Shown here: piece after piece, positions 55,803-64,000 of the stretch
How positions within the stretch are numbered: the first letter of the stretch is position 1
Layout of the letters: each line of letters opens with the position of its first letter
From: a bacterium
Lineage (GTDB): Bacteria > Patescibacteriota > Patescibacteriia > Patescibacteriales > UBA12465
DNA: 64,000 bases
Direction: 5' to 3'
Assembly: GCA_021806615.1 (NCBI GenBank)
Contig: JAJZRB010000002.1
Location: 54,529-118,528, forward strand
Translations under genes and position numbers: made by a program
Notes under the pieces: generated by a model
What the model saw: the letters and a program-made list of their open reading frames with translations, nothing else
Databases searched by the model: none
Told to the model about the DNA's origin: nothing

Positions 55803-57023
55803 ATGACTATCTTATCTAATGGGTTCCCTACTAATATGCCTGACGCTGAAAATGTATCCCAAGGAGGGCCCGCTAATTTTGCCAGACTTTTTACCTCGTA
55901 TATTACCGCTAATACTAAGGATCGCTGGATAGGGGTCATGTTGCAGGCTGAATCTATCAGAAAACCTAGATTACAGAAAATATTCTCTTTTCCGCGGCGT
56001 GAATACTATAAGCTCTATGCCCCTAAAAGCCGGCTAAAAGCTTTAACTCAGGCTAAAATCAAGAAAGATCCCAGCCGATTATTCAAAGGCTCTATAGATC
56101 AATTAGCGTCCCTCATCAGACGCCAGAAGCCGGATGTAGTTTTCTTGAACGGTTTTGGAATCTTTAATTGGCTGCTTTTAAAAGCAGCTGAGCAGGCCGC
56201 CACACCTGTCGTTATACAGCATGCCGGCATCTGGACTAAAGAATTGGAAATCCATAAGTCTTTATATACCGTAGCCGGACGTAAAATGATGGCGGAGATG
56301 GAAAAGGACTCCAGCCGTCTCGCGTCCGCGGAAGTTTTTTTAAATGAGTGGAGCAAGGATTATTACCGTCGCCATGTCGCTAAGCGCGCCGACAAACAAA
56401 CATATATCATCCCTCTTCCCTTCGATTTTAATTTATTCAAAAGATTGAGCCGACGCGGCCAGAAGAATAAGCTCTCTCTTCCAGGTTTCGACCATCAGAA
56501 ATTCAATATCGGCGTTATCGCTCGTTGGGATGAGATAAAAAATCACCAGGCGATCTTAGCCTTAGCGAAAGAAGCTAAGCGCCTGAAATTACCCTGGGCG
56601 TTCCACGTCGTAACCAGCATCCCGGATTTGCCGAAATATGAAAAAGCGCGGCGATCTTATGAGCGAGAGATCAAAGTCATCCCTTCGTTAGATCGGGACG
56701 GCATTTCCCGTTTTTGTCGGACCGTCGACCTATTGCTGCAGCCGTCATTATTCGATGTTTCCCCGACAGTCGTCCTAGAAGCAGTAGCTTTGAACACGCC
56801 CATCGTCATTTCTCCCAACGTCGGCTATGTCCATGATTTTAAAACCCATGGCGCGGAGCCATGGGTAATAGAAACCAAGAATGCCGCCAGCATGGTAAAA
56901 CATATTATCCGTCTGGCGCGACAGCCTATGCCTATGAGCATCAAGAAACAATTGCGTAAAGCCCATGATTACAAGCGTGTTTTTAATGCTTATTTGAAGG
57001 TATTCTCTCAAGTCGGCCGATAA
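55803..57023 (+). CDS. GT-B fold glycosyltransferase-like protein (GT4-like, divergent)
   Basis: PDVVFLNGFG...PVVIQHAG N-domain. C-domain LLLQPSLFDVSPTVVLEAVALNTPIVISPNVG. No SD, and preceded by a 291-nt AT-rich intergenic region. Confidence 0.6.
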   Translation: MTILSNGFPTNMPDAENVSQGGPANFARLFTSYITANTKDRWIGVMLQAESIRKPRLQKIFSFPRREYYKLYAPKSRLKALTQAKIKKDPSRLFKGSIDQLASLIRRQKPDVVFLNGFGIFNWLLLKAAEQAATPVVIQHAGIWTKELEIHKSLYTVAGRKMMAEMEKDSSRLASAEVFLNEWSKDYYRRHVAKRADKQTYIIPLPFDFNLFKRLSRRGQKNKLSLPGFDHQKFNIGVIARWDEIKNHQAILALAKEAKRLKLPWAFHVVTSIPDLPKYEKARRSYEREIKVIPSLDRDGISRFCRTVDLLLQPSLFDVSPTVVLEAVALNTPIVISPNVGYVHDFKTHGAEPWVIETKNAASMVKHIIRLARQPMPMSIKKQLRKAHDYKRVFNAYLKVFSQVGR

Positions 57024-57028
57024 TAACC

Positions 57029-58219
57029 CTAATGGCGCGGTCGTTGGCGAGGAGAAAAGCGCCGGGATGATTTAAAGCGATAACGTTTAGCCGGGTGGAT
57101 CTCCCTGGCGAGCGGCACGAATTCGGTCCGCTTAATATTCTTATTGATCAATTTTTCTATTTCTCTGATCTCTTTCTGTTCATCGGCGGTGGCGAAAGTT
57201 ATTGCTTTGCCCACTTGTCCGGCCCGGCCGGTACGGCCGATACGGTGTACGTAATCTTCGGAATTATCAGGCAGATTATAATTTACTACTAATTCAATGC
57301 CGCTCACGTCTAATCCGCGAGCAGCCACATCCGTGGCTACTAGAATGCGGATTTTTTTCGTTTTGAAGTCATTCAGGGCGGCGCGGCGACGGCTTAAAGA
57401 CAGATTGGAGTGTATTTCTGTCGCTATCTGCCCAGCCGATTTCAATTTAATCGTTAAAGCTTTAACGCCGTGTTTAGTCCTGACGAAGACCAGGACCGAA
57501 CCCTTATATTGGAATAAAATTTTTTGCAGATGTTCAAAGCGTTCCTCGCCTTTGATTATGAATATTTCCTGGTCTACTTGAGTGGCGGTCGTTCCCGGAG
57601 GCGCTACCTCAATACTAATCGGCAGCTTCATATAGTTAGCAGCGATTTTCACGATAGCCGCGGGCATGGTCGCAGAGAAAAGCAGAGTCTGGCGTTCAGG
57701 CGGAACTTGCTTGAGGATTTCATGGATCTGCGGAGCGAACCCCATATCCAGCATCATATCCGCTTCGTCTAAGACGAGAGTATTTATCCGGTCTAATTTA
57801 AGAGTGCGGCGTTTCAAATGATCAATCAAACGTCCGGGAGTAGCGACGATAATATGCGGGTTTCGCCGTAAGGCAAAAAGCTGGCGGTCTAAAGCTTCGC
57901 CGCCGATCAGGACTGCCGTCCTTAAACCTAAAGTTTGGCCTAATTTTTTTAAGCTCTCAGCGACCTGCTGCGCCAGTTCTCGGGTCGGAGCGATAACCAG
58001 GCCTTGGCCTTTATTCTGGCCTAAGCGCTGGAGCATCGGGATGCCATAGGCGAAAGTCTTGCCAGTGCCTGTTTGAGCGACGCCGATAAGATCCTGTCCG
58101 CTCATAGCTATCGGTATGGTTTTTTGCTGGATAGGCGTCGGGATGTCCAAATTCAATTTAATGAGGATTTTAAGGATTGAATCGCTGATACCTAGATCAG
58201 AGAATTGTTGTTGTGTCAT
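57029..58219 (-). CDS. DEAD-box ATP-dependent RNA helicase
   Basis: Q-motif region, AQTGTGKT, PTRELA, DEAD, SAT and HRIGRTGRAG, plus a basic C-terminal tail. Confidence 0.95.
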   Translation of the reverse strand: MTQQQFSDLGISDSILKILIKLNLDIPTPIQQKTIPIAMSGQDLIGVAQTGTGKTFAYGIPMLQRLGQNKGQGLVIAPTRELAQQVAESLKKLGQTLGLRTAVLIGGEALDRQLFALRRNPHIIVATPGRLIDHLKRRTLKLDRINTLVLDEADMMLDMGFAPQIHEILKQVPPERQTLLFSATMPAAIVKIAANYMKLPISIEVAPPGTTATQVDQEIFIIKGEERFEHLQKILFQYKGSVLVFVRTKHGVKALTIKLKSAGQIATEIHSNLSLSRRRAALNDFKTKKIRILVATDVAARGLDVSGIELVVNYNLPDNSEDYVHRIGRTGRAGQVGKAITFATADEQKEIREIEKLINKNIKRTEFVPLAREIHPAKRYRFKSSRRFSPRQRPRH

Positions 58220-58228
58220 AATAAAAAT

Positions 58229-58256
58229 AAGTGACCCGATGTTCTCAGGGCCACTT
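58229..58256 (-). terminator. Terminator-like hairpin immediately upstream of the helicase start codon
   Basis: Minus RNA reads AAGUGGCCC-UGAGAACAUC-GGGUCACUU (one G-U pair), then AUUUUUAUU, then AUG. Confidence 0.6.
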
Positions 58257-58293
58257 AAATGACAAGAGATTCGAATCTTAATTTAATGAGATA

Positions 58294-58322
58294 ACTATAG
58301 CACGTAATTATAATTAAGTCAA
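58294..58322 (-). promoter_or_regulatory. Candidate promoter upstream of the helicase leader
   Basis: Minus strand has TTGACT (58322-58317), 17 nt, then TATAGT (58299-58294). Confidence 0.5.
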
Positions 58323-58338
58323 TAGAATCATAGAAATC

Positions 58339-59790
58339 CTAAATCTTACTTAGGTCTAGTTCTTCGCTAAAATGGATTTTTTCTACGAATTCGGGCATAT
58401 GGCTGACCATTATAATCGGGCCTTTATAGTCGTTTATAGCCTTAGCAATGATTGGAAGATGGCGGAAATTTATATGATTGGTCGGTTCGTCCAATATCAG
58501 TAGTCCGGGCCGCATCAAGACTAAGCGGGCAAATGACAGGAGGCCTTTTTGCCCTTCGGACAAATCAGCCACTTTATGCCCCATTAATTCCCCGGTAATC
58601 AAGAAACCGGCAGCTACCGAGCGCATTTCCGGTTCGCCCAGCCCTTCAGCTAAGACGTCTTTCAGCGAATCGAAAACTGTCTTTTTAAAATCAAGAGTAG
58701 AAAAATCTTGGCTGTAATATCCGACTTTCACTCCGGCTAAGATTTTCTGCCCCTCTTGCTTTCCGGCGACGAGCGATCTTAACAGAGTGCTTTTACCGAT
58801 ACCGTTAGGCCCGATTACTAATAAGCGGTCTTTTTTCCTTAAACTCCGGTCGATATCCTTAACCGCCGGTTCGTGGTTTTTTATAATTTTTATTTTTTTC
58901 AGACTGACTATCTCCCCGTTTATTTCTTGGGCCGGGATATCGAATTCGCGGATAGTCCTGTCTTCTCTCCGGACCTCAACCTTATTTTCTTCCAATTCTT
59001 CTGTCTCTTCTTTCATTTTTTGCGCTAATTTACGCATTTTACCGCCTTTATGAGCGAAAAAATTGACTTTCTCTTTCCGGTCCTTGATCTGTTTTTCGAG
59101 TTGGGCATTTTCTCGCTGTTCCCTTTCTACCCGGCGAGCGATCTCCTCCACGACAGAATAATAATCGCCGACATACATTTCCGTTTGATGCGTAAAGCTG
59201 TCCAAGTAGATGACTCCCTCGGTAAAGCAGTTTAAAAAATCAGCATCATGGGAGATGACCATCACTGTCTTATCATAAGTAAGGAGAAAGCCTATCAGAT
59301 GATCAATGCCTGCTTTATCTAAATTATTAGTCGGCTCATCTAAAAGCAGGATATCAGGATTTTCTAAAAGCGAGTAGGCCAAAAGAATGCGTGCCTGTTG
59401 TCCGCCGGATAAGCTCCCGACCGGCTTATTTAAAGGGACGTCAAAATTAACCGCGTCAAGGGCTTTAGCGATGCGGCTCTTGATATTTCCAGGGATAACA
59501 GTGAAATCTTTAGAAAAGTATTCCTCTACTGTCAAGGCTATATCTTCCCTACTAATAGTTTGCCGTGCAGTACCGATGGTGGCTCCGGCGCCGACGGATA
59601 TTTGGCCGTTTTGCGGAGTCAATTCTTTTTTTATCAGGCTGAAAATAGTACTTTTTCCCGCGCCGTTCTGCCCCATGAGAGTCACTTTAGCGCCGCGGCG
59701 CAAACTGAAACAAGCCTCATCTAAAATCGGCTTCTTATGGAGATATTCAAATTTGACTTTATCAAATCTAAGGATGACTTCTTCGGCCAT
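58339..59790 (-). CDS. ABC-F family ATPase (tandem ABC domains, no TM domain)
   Basis: Two Walker A sites (GQNGAGKST, GPNGIGKST), two signatures (LSGGQQARILL, LSEGQKGLLSF), and a charged inter-domain linker. Confidence 0.9.
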   Translation of the reverse strand: MAEEVILRFDKVKFEYLHKKPILDEACFSLRRGAKVTLMGQNGAGKSTIFSLIKKELTPQNGQISVGAGATIGTARQTISREDIALTVEEYFSKDFTVIPGNIKSRIAKALDAVNFDVPLNKPVGSLSGGQQARILLAYSLLENPDILLLDEPTNNLDKAGIDHLIGFLLTYDKTVMVISHDADFLNCFTEGVIYLDSFTHQTEMYVGDYYSVVEEIARRVEREQRENAQLEKQIKDRKEKVNFFAHKGGKMRKLAQKMKEETEELEENKVEVRREDRTIREFDIPAQEINGEIVSLKKIKIIKNHEPAVKDIDRSLRKKDRLLVIGPNGIGKSTLLRSLVAGKQEGQKILAGVKVGYYSQDFSTLDFKKTVFDSLKDVLAEGLGEPEMRSVAAGFLITGELMGHKVADLSEGQKGLLSFARLVLMRPGLLILDEPTNHINFRHLPIIAKAINDYKGPIIMVSHMPEFVEKIHFSEELDLSKI

Positions 59791-59928
59791 GTTATGAATA
59801 TTAATCTTTTATAAATAAAACCCCGCGGCCATGATTTGGAGCGGGACATTCGTTGCCACTCGCGCAGATTACGACTTAATTTACTAGAATAGCCTAACAC
59901 AGAGACGAGGTCCAGTCAATCTGATCGT

Positions 59929-60603
59929 TCATGATTTCTTGAAAATATAGATTATAAAGCGGTATATAAATAAACCGGAAAATACTAGGCCGGTCGATAG
60001 ATAAACCGTCTGCATCCAGACAGTATTAGAGTCCGTGCCGATAAACGCGCCATGGAGGAAGGAAAGTATGAATAATGGATAGACGGCATAATGTATTCCC
60101 CGCCAAGCCTTTTTATATTTCAGTCGGAAGAATAATGAACTGAAGATAACGACTAATAGGATATAAAAAGCAAAAATACCTAGACTGAGAAAAATGGGGT
60201 TATAGCTGGAAGCGAAGGGGATCAATATGTCCAACCAATTAAAATCAACGAATTTATCAAAAAGCAAAGCCAGGATATGGGTCAAAAGAGCAACACCGAG
60301 AGCCAGGCTCAGATATTTATGGACGACCCAGGCCTGGACGGGGTTGATAAAACGGTAAATATAACTAGTCGTCATGCCAGTGCCCAGCAAAACTACGAGG
60401 AACATCAGAAGATAGGCAGTGATGCCGGCTGTCCTGGTTATGAACCAAGGCAGGCTGCTGATATCTGGCGCTACCGTAGAATTATTTACGCTGCTTTGCG
60501 CCAATGATAAACTGGAGCCGAAATCAAGATAAAGCAGGCCCAGAGCGATTAGGACTAAAATTGAGAGTAACAGTAATCTGGGTAATCTAAGGGAGGAAAT
60601 CAT
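59929..60603 (-). CDS. Ferric-reductase-domain (NOX/FRE-type) six-TM di-heme membrane protein
   Basis: The WFITRTAGITAYLL start of the FRD fold. His95-x13-His109 in one helix and His171-x12-His184 in another. Confidence 0.75.
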   Translation of the reverse strand: MISSLRLPRLLLLSILVLIALGLLYLDFGSSLSLAQSSVNNSTVAPDISSLPWFITRTAGITAYLLMFLVVLLGTGMTTSYIYRFINPVQAWVVHKYLSLALGVALLTHILALLFDKFVDFNWLDILIPFASSYNPIFLSLGIFAFYILLVVIFSSLFFRLKYKKAWRGIHYAVYPLFILSFLHGAFIGTDSNTVWMQTVYLSTGLVFSGLFIYRFIIYIFKKS

Positions 60604-60606
60604 ATA

Positions 60607-61566
60607 TTATTTAAGAAATTGGTTGCCCGTCGGGAAAATAAATTTTTTTTTATCCTTAGTGAATATAATACAGGCTGAGTCTGATTCTTTATCGATGAAT
60701 CTTAAGCCTTCATCCTGGCCTAAGATAAGAATGGTCTTGGCAAAAACATCGGCTCGTACGGCGTTTGAGGAAATGGCCGTCACTGATAGTATATCATTTA
60801 TAAGCGGTAAGCCGCTACGCGGGTCGATGATATGGTGCCACTTGAAGCTGCCGTTTTGGCCGGAACGCCTGATTATTCCGGAGGTCGCTATGCCCAGCCG
60901 CTTCCCGGCAGTGTTGATGAAAAAGAGGTTTTTATCCGGAGAGAATGGATCCTGAACGGCGATATCCCAGCCGGTTTTTCCCTCTTTATTGCCAGAGACG
61001 ATAAGATCGCCGCCCGCCGATAGCCAATAATCATTGACACCTTGGAAATATTCCCGGCTTAAACGATCTATGATATAGCCTTTCCCTATCCCGCCGAGGT
61101 CGATCCTGAGCCCGGCAGGCTTATTGACTACTCGGCCAGCAGTTTTTAGATTATCTATTCTTTTACGTTTTCGGAAGATATCTTGTAATTTTATCGTGTC
61201 CGGCCGATCCGATGCCTGACTATTTGCCCCGAAATCAAGCTGGTCAAAGCTCCGCTTATAGCCCACGGCTTCCAAATTGCCGATGACGGTCGGATCAAAT
61301 ATCCCGCCCGTTTTTTGATAATAATATTTTATTTCCTTTAGTAGCTCGGCCATGTCGGCGCTTACTTCCAAGACGCTTTTTTTTGAATCATTGAATTGGG
61401 CCAATTCGTTTCCTTCTAAAAAACGGCTGAAGCGCCTTTCAAAATTTAAAATTTCCGCTTTAGCGTATTCCAAAATATTCTTTTGTTCGCTAGTAAGTGA
61501 GGCGACCAGCTCTATCTCTGTTCCCAAAGCCTTGAACTCTCGCCACATCATCTTAGTCTCTAGCAT
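60607..61566 (-). CDS. apbE: FAD:protein FMN transferase ApbE
   Basis: FDPTV, IDLGGIGKGY, LSAGGDL, GIATSG, HHIIDPRSG. No signal peptide or lipobox at the N-terminus. Confidence 0.9.
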   Translation of the reverse strand: MLETKMMWREFKALGTEIELVASLTSEQKNILEYAKAEILNFERRFSRFLEGNELAQFNDSKKSVLEVSADMAELLKEIKYYYQKTGGIFDPTVIGNLEAVGYKRSFDQLDFGANSQASDRPDTIKLQDIFRKRKRIDNLKTAGRVVNKPAGLRIDLGGIGKGYIIDRLSREYFQGVNDYWLSAGGDLIVSGNKEGKTGWDIAVQDPFSPDKNLFFINTAGKRLGIATSGIIRRSGQNGSFKWHHIIDPRSGLPLINDILSVTAISSNAVRADVFAKTILILGQDEGLRFIDKESDSACIIFTKDKKKFIFPTGNQFLK

Positions 61567-61597
61567 AGTTTATCTCTTTAATCGCGCATGACCATCG

Positions 61598-62644
61598 TCA
61601 GGACATCCTGGTCCTGGGCATCGGTATTTGCATCATGGTCTGTGGCGGCGCTTGGACTGGTGTCGGAGCTATAGTCGGAGCCGGAACAGCTGGTTTTATA
61701 GCCGGAATCTTTTTCGGAGAGATCTTCTTTTCTATGATAGGCGCGGCAGAGCTAGCCGCAGCGCTAGGCTTAGTCTGATCGGAACTTACCGCGCTATATT
61801 TTTTACTGGCGGCGATGGCCGCCGAACGGCTGATCAGATTGAAGATCAAGACGAACAAGACGACGGCTAGTCCAAGAGCGTAAGAAAAATTCTTCAAACG
61901 CGGCCAGAAAGCATCGTCAGGAATCATAGAAAATTCTTCCATCCTGATCTGGTCCTTATCTACCCCGAGACTCATCAGGTGGCTGACCATGGCGTTCATG
62001 AACGGCACCGGTCCGCATAAGAAGAAGCTCTTGCCTTTGACATTGCCGACAAAATCCCGGATAAGAGAGGCATCTATACGTCTATATAAAACGTTCTTAT
62101 CATCCGCAGGCCCCTTCTCTTCGGTAAAAGAGAAAAGAGCCGATAAGTTCGGATTACCTTTTATCGCTTCTTTTATCTCTTTGTAGAAAACGGCTCCTCG
62201 GGCTGTTTTGGCGCTATATATCAGCGAGAGCTTATTAGATAAATTTAAATCAACGGCATAGTTTAGGGCGCTGATGAAAGGGGTGATGCCGATGCCGCCC
62301 GCGATAAGAACGAGATCAAAATATTTGTTTTCATCATAAAAGAATCGGCCATAAGGGCCGGAAACCAAAATCTCGTCTCCGGGCCGGAGGCGCGCCAAGC
62401 CCTGCGTGAACGGACCCTGTATCCTGATGCCGAAACGAAGACAATCTTTCCTGGTCGGAGAGCTGGCGATGGAAAAAGCATGCTTATCTTCAAAGATCCC
62501 CTGCCTATTTTTATAGGCGATCATCGCGTATTGGCCAGGCTGATAATGGAAAACCGGCCAGCCCCTCTTATCTACTAATTCTAAGATAACCAGATCAGGA
62601 ACAGGTTGATAAATTTGTTTTATATAGTATTTATATTCGGACAT
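61598..62644 (-). CDS. NOX/FRE-type FAD/NAD(P)H dehydrogenase domain protein with C-terminal TM anchor and Pro-rich tail
   Basis: HAFSIASSP (FAD), GPYG, LIAGGIGITPFISAL (NAD(P)H), FFLCGP. Then TM FSYALGLAVVLFVLIFNLI and a P/A-rich C-terminus. Confidence 0.8.
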   Translation of the reverse strand: MSEYKYYIKQIYQPVPDLVILELVDKRGWPVFHYQPGQYAMIAYKNRQGIFEDKHAFSIASSPTRKDCLRFGIRIQGPFTQGLARLRPGDEILVSGPYGRFFYDENKYFDLVLIAGGIGITPFISALNYAVDLNLSNKLSLIYSAKTARGAVFYKEIKEAIKGNPNLSALFSFTEEKGPADDKNVLYRRIDASLIRDFVGNVKGKSFFLCGPVPFMNAMVSHLMSLGVDKDQIRMEEFSMIPDDAFWPRLKNFSYALGLAVVLFVLIFNLISRSAAIAASKKYSAVSSDQTKPSAAASSAAPIIEKKISPKKIPAIKPAVPAPTIAPTPVQAPPQTMMQIPMPRTRMS

Positions 62645-62746
62645 AAAGCTCGCATGACTGCCCCAGTGCTCCGGGAATGCTCATATAATACGTCTAGAAC
62701 AGAAAAATATTCAAAGATATCCCAGAATAACACGGGATTATTCCTG

Positions 62747-63670
62747 CTATTTCAAGCTATTTTCCACGTTTTTAAGTTTGCGGGCAGATCGGTGCAGAAG
62801 CTTTTTTTCTTCAGGCGATATCTTGATGTCAATATCGCGCGTCACGCCCTTCGCGCCGATAACGAGCGGCAGGCTTAAGGAGACCCCTCTTAAGCCGAAT
62901 TTTCCATCTAGAGGATGAGAAACGGTAAATACTGTATTCTTATTCAATAAGATAGCCTCGATGAGGCTGGCGACTCCGGCGGCAATCGCATAGTAAGTCG
63001 CCTGTTTGCCGGTTATTATGGCATACGCGGCGTTCTTAGCCTGATTAAAAATAATCTCCTTTTTCTTTCTGGATATCTTCTGGAAGCGGTCCAAAGGCGT
63101 ATTGCCGATCATGACCGTGCTCCAGAGCGGCACCTCGCTATCGCCATGTTCCCCGATGATATAGGCGTGCAAGCTCTTCGGGTCGATAGATAATTCCTGC
63201 CCTAAGAGAAAACGCAATCGCGCCGAATCCAAAATCGTGCCTGAACCGAAAATCTGCCGTTTTTTCTTCGGGAACATCTTAATGGCGATATTCGTCAGGA
63301 TATCTACCGGATTAGTCACGATGATGACGATGATATCCTGGTTATGCTTGAAGATCTCGGGCATCAATTCCTTGATAATAGCGGAATTCTTTTGCAGGAG
63401 GTCCAAGCGCGTTTCTCCTACTTTTTGAGATGCGCCGCAGCTGATGACAGCGATACGACTATCTTTCATATCAGCATAAGAACCAGCCTTGATCTTGGTG
63501 TAGCCCAAAAAAGGCACAGAGTGCTGCAGATCCATAACCTGCGAAAGGCAGACTTTCTTATTGATATCAATAAGGGCTATCTCCTCGGCCACTCTCGCCG
63601 ATATAAGACTATAAGCCGTAGTGCTGCCGACCATGCCGGCGCCGATTATAGTTATTTTATTTTTAAGCAT
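62747..63670 (-). CDS. ldh: L-lactate dehydrogenase
   Basis: IIGAGMVGS Rossmann motif. GASQKVGETRLDLL has Gln at the LDH/MDH discriminating position. IGEHGDSEVPLWS. Confidence 0.9.
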   Translation of the reverse strand: MLKNKITIIGAGMVGSTTAYSLISARVAEEIALIDINKKVCLSQVMDLQHSVPFLGYTKIKAGSYADMKDSRIAVISCGASQKVGETRLDLLQKNSAIIKELMPEIFKHNQDIIVIIVTNPVDILTNIAIKMFPKKKRQIFGSGTILDSARLRFLLGQELSIDPKSLHAYIIGEHGDSEVPLWSTVMIGNTPLDRFQKISRKKKEIIFNQAKNAAYAIITGKQATYYAIAAGVASLIEAILLNKNTVFTVSHPLDGKFGLRGVSLSLPLVIGAKGVTRDIDIKISPEEKKLLHRSARKLKNVENSLK

Positions 63671-63683
63671 ATCCTATGGATTC

Positions 63684-63902
63684 TTATTTAGGCTCTTCCG
63701 TCTTGTCGGAATTAGTGTTAAGGCCCAATATTTTATATAGGGCGCAAAAACCGGTTATCGCCGTCAAGAGCATGATGAAGCCTAGGACGTAGAATACTAT
63801 CTGGAGAACCCCTGATAGCCAGAACCAAGCTAGGATCAGGAATATCAAAGCTAATATCACGCGCCCTACTCGGTCAGATTTGCCTTCATTTTTTTGAAAC
63901 AT
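63684..63902 (-). CDS. Small two-TM membrane protein, DUF2892/YgaP-like
   Basis: The DRVGRVILALIFLILAWFW...ITGFCALYKILG pattern is typical of DUF2892. Confidence 0.6.
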   Translation of the reverse strand: MFQKNEGKSDRVGRVILALIFLILAWFWLSGVLQIVFYVLGFIMLLTAITGFCALYKILGLNTNSDKTEEPK

Positions 63903-64000
63903 AAAATTAGATATTAATGAATTAATCGTTAGTTTATCCCGATACTATTATAGGCGAAATGCCATCTTTAGTCCATTTTTGCATATTAAAAAGTCGCATT

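Noticed and set aside
58262-58282. agattcgaatct resembles a tRNA T-arm (GTTCGAATC-like), raising the possibility of a tRNA gene in the 58220-58338 spacer
   Set aside because: No acceptor stem, D-arm or anticodon arm can be built from the flanking sequence. It is better explained as a small palindrome in the helicase leader.
59791-59928. Possible leader-peptide attenuator upstream of the ABC-F gene, as in antibiotic-resistance ABC-F genes, or a terminator for the upstream FRD gene
   Set aside because: Only a 5-bp GC stem (cccgc/gcggg) with a 14-nt loop and a short U-tract is present (59822-59845). The candidate small ORF (ATG TCC CGC...) has no SD and runs into the ABC-F coding region out of frame. 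The evidence is too weak to call either feature.
1-64000. Alternative genetic code (UGA recoding, as in some CPR lineages)
   Set aside because: Conserved proteins are full length under the standard bacterial code. TGA is used as a genuine stop, for example at 358-360, immediately before the next gene's start.

Overview
The window is a gene-dense bacterial chromosomal segment of about 52 CDS, mostly separated by short gaps or overlaps. I saw no rRNA, tRNA, CRISPR array, transposase or phage genes.

Recognisable housekeeping genes: dnaX, serS, alr, ftsQ-like, a Xer-type recombinase, an M23/EnvC-like peptidase, gltX, corA, rplJ-rplL, uvrA/uvrB/uvrC, guaB, a DEAD-box helicase, an ABC-F ATPase and ldh.

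The gene content suggests a small-genome, fermentative, Patescibacteria/CPR-like organism. It includes a DUF4012 protein, an orphan membrane-anchored TraG/VirD4-like ATPase, trimmed Uvr proteins, ldh, and many secreted or anchored proteins of unknown function. This taxonomic call is inference only, because the window holds no rRNA marker.

Four regions stand out:
1. 59.9-62.6 kb: a split, order-permuted NOX/ferric-reductase-like transmembrane electron conduit with an ApbE flavin transferase wedged between its two halves, directly downstream of ldh.
2. 37.0-45.6 kb: one tightly packed operon holding uvrB, a CYTH enzyme, uvrA, a DMT exporter, an Ogt-like methyltransferase and uvrC behind an MFS exporter. 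All three Uvr proteins lack specific domains.
3. 17.4-32.6 kb: a roughly 15 kb cell-envelope glycan island. It includes a Wzz-like gene followed by an outer-membrane-style beta-barrel candidate.
4. 48.3-53.8 kb: a MacB/Lol-type ABC exporter with two separate permeases and a very long coiled-coil adaptor.

The sequence also directly supports several rho-independent terminators, near-consensus sigma70-type promoters, an rplJ leader with mutually exclusive helices, and two probable leaderless mRNAs.
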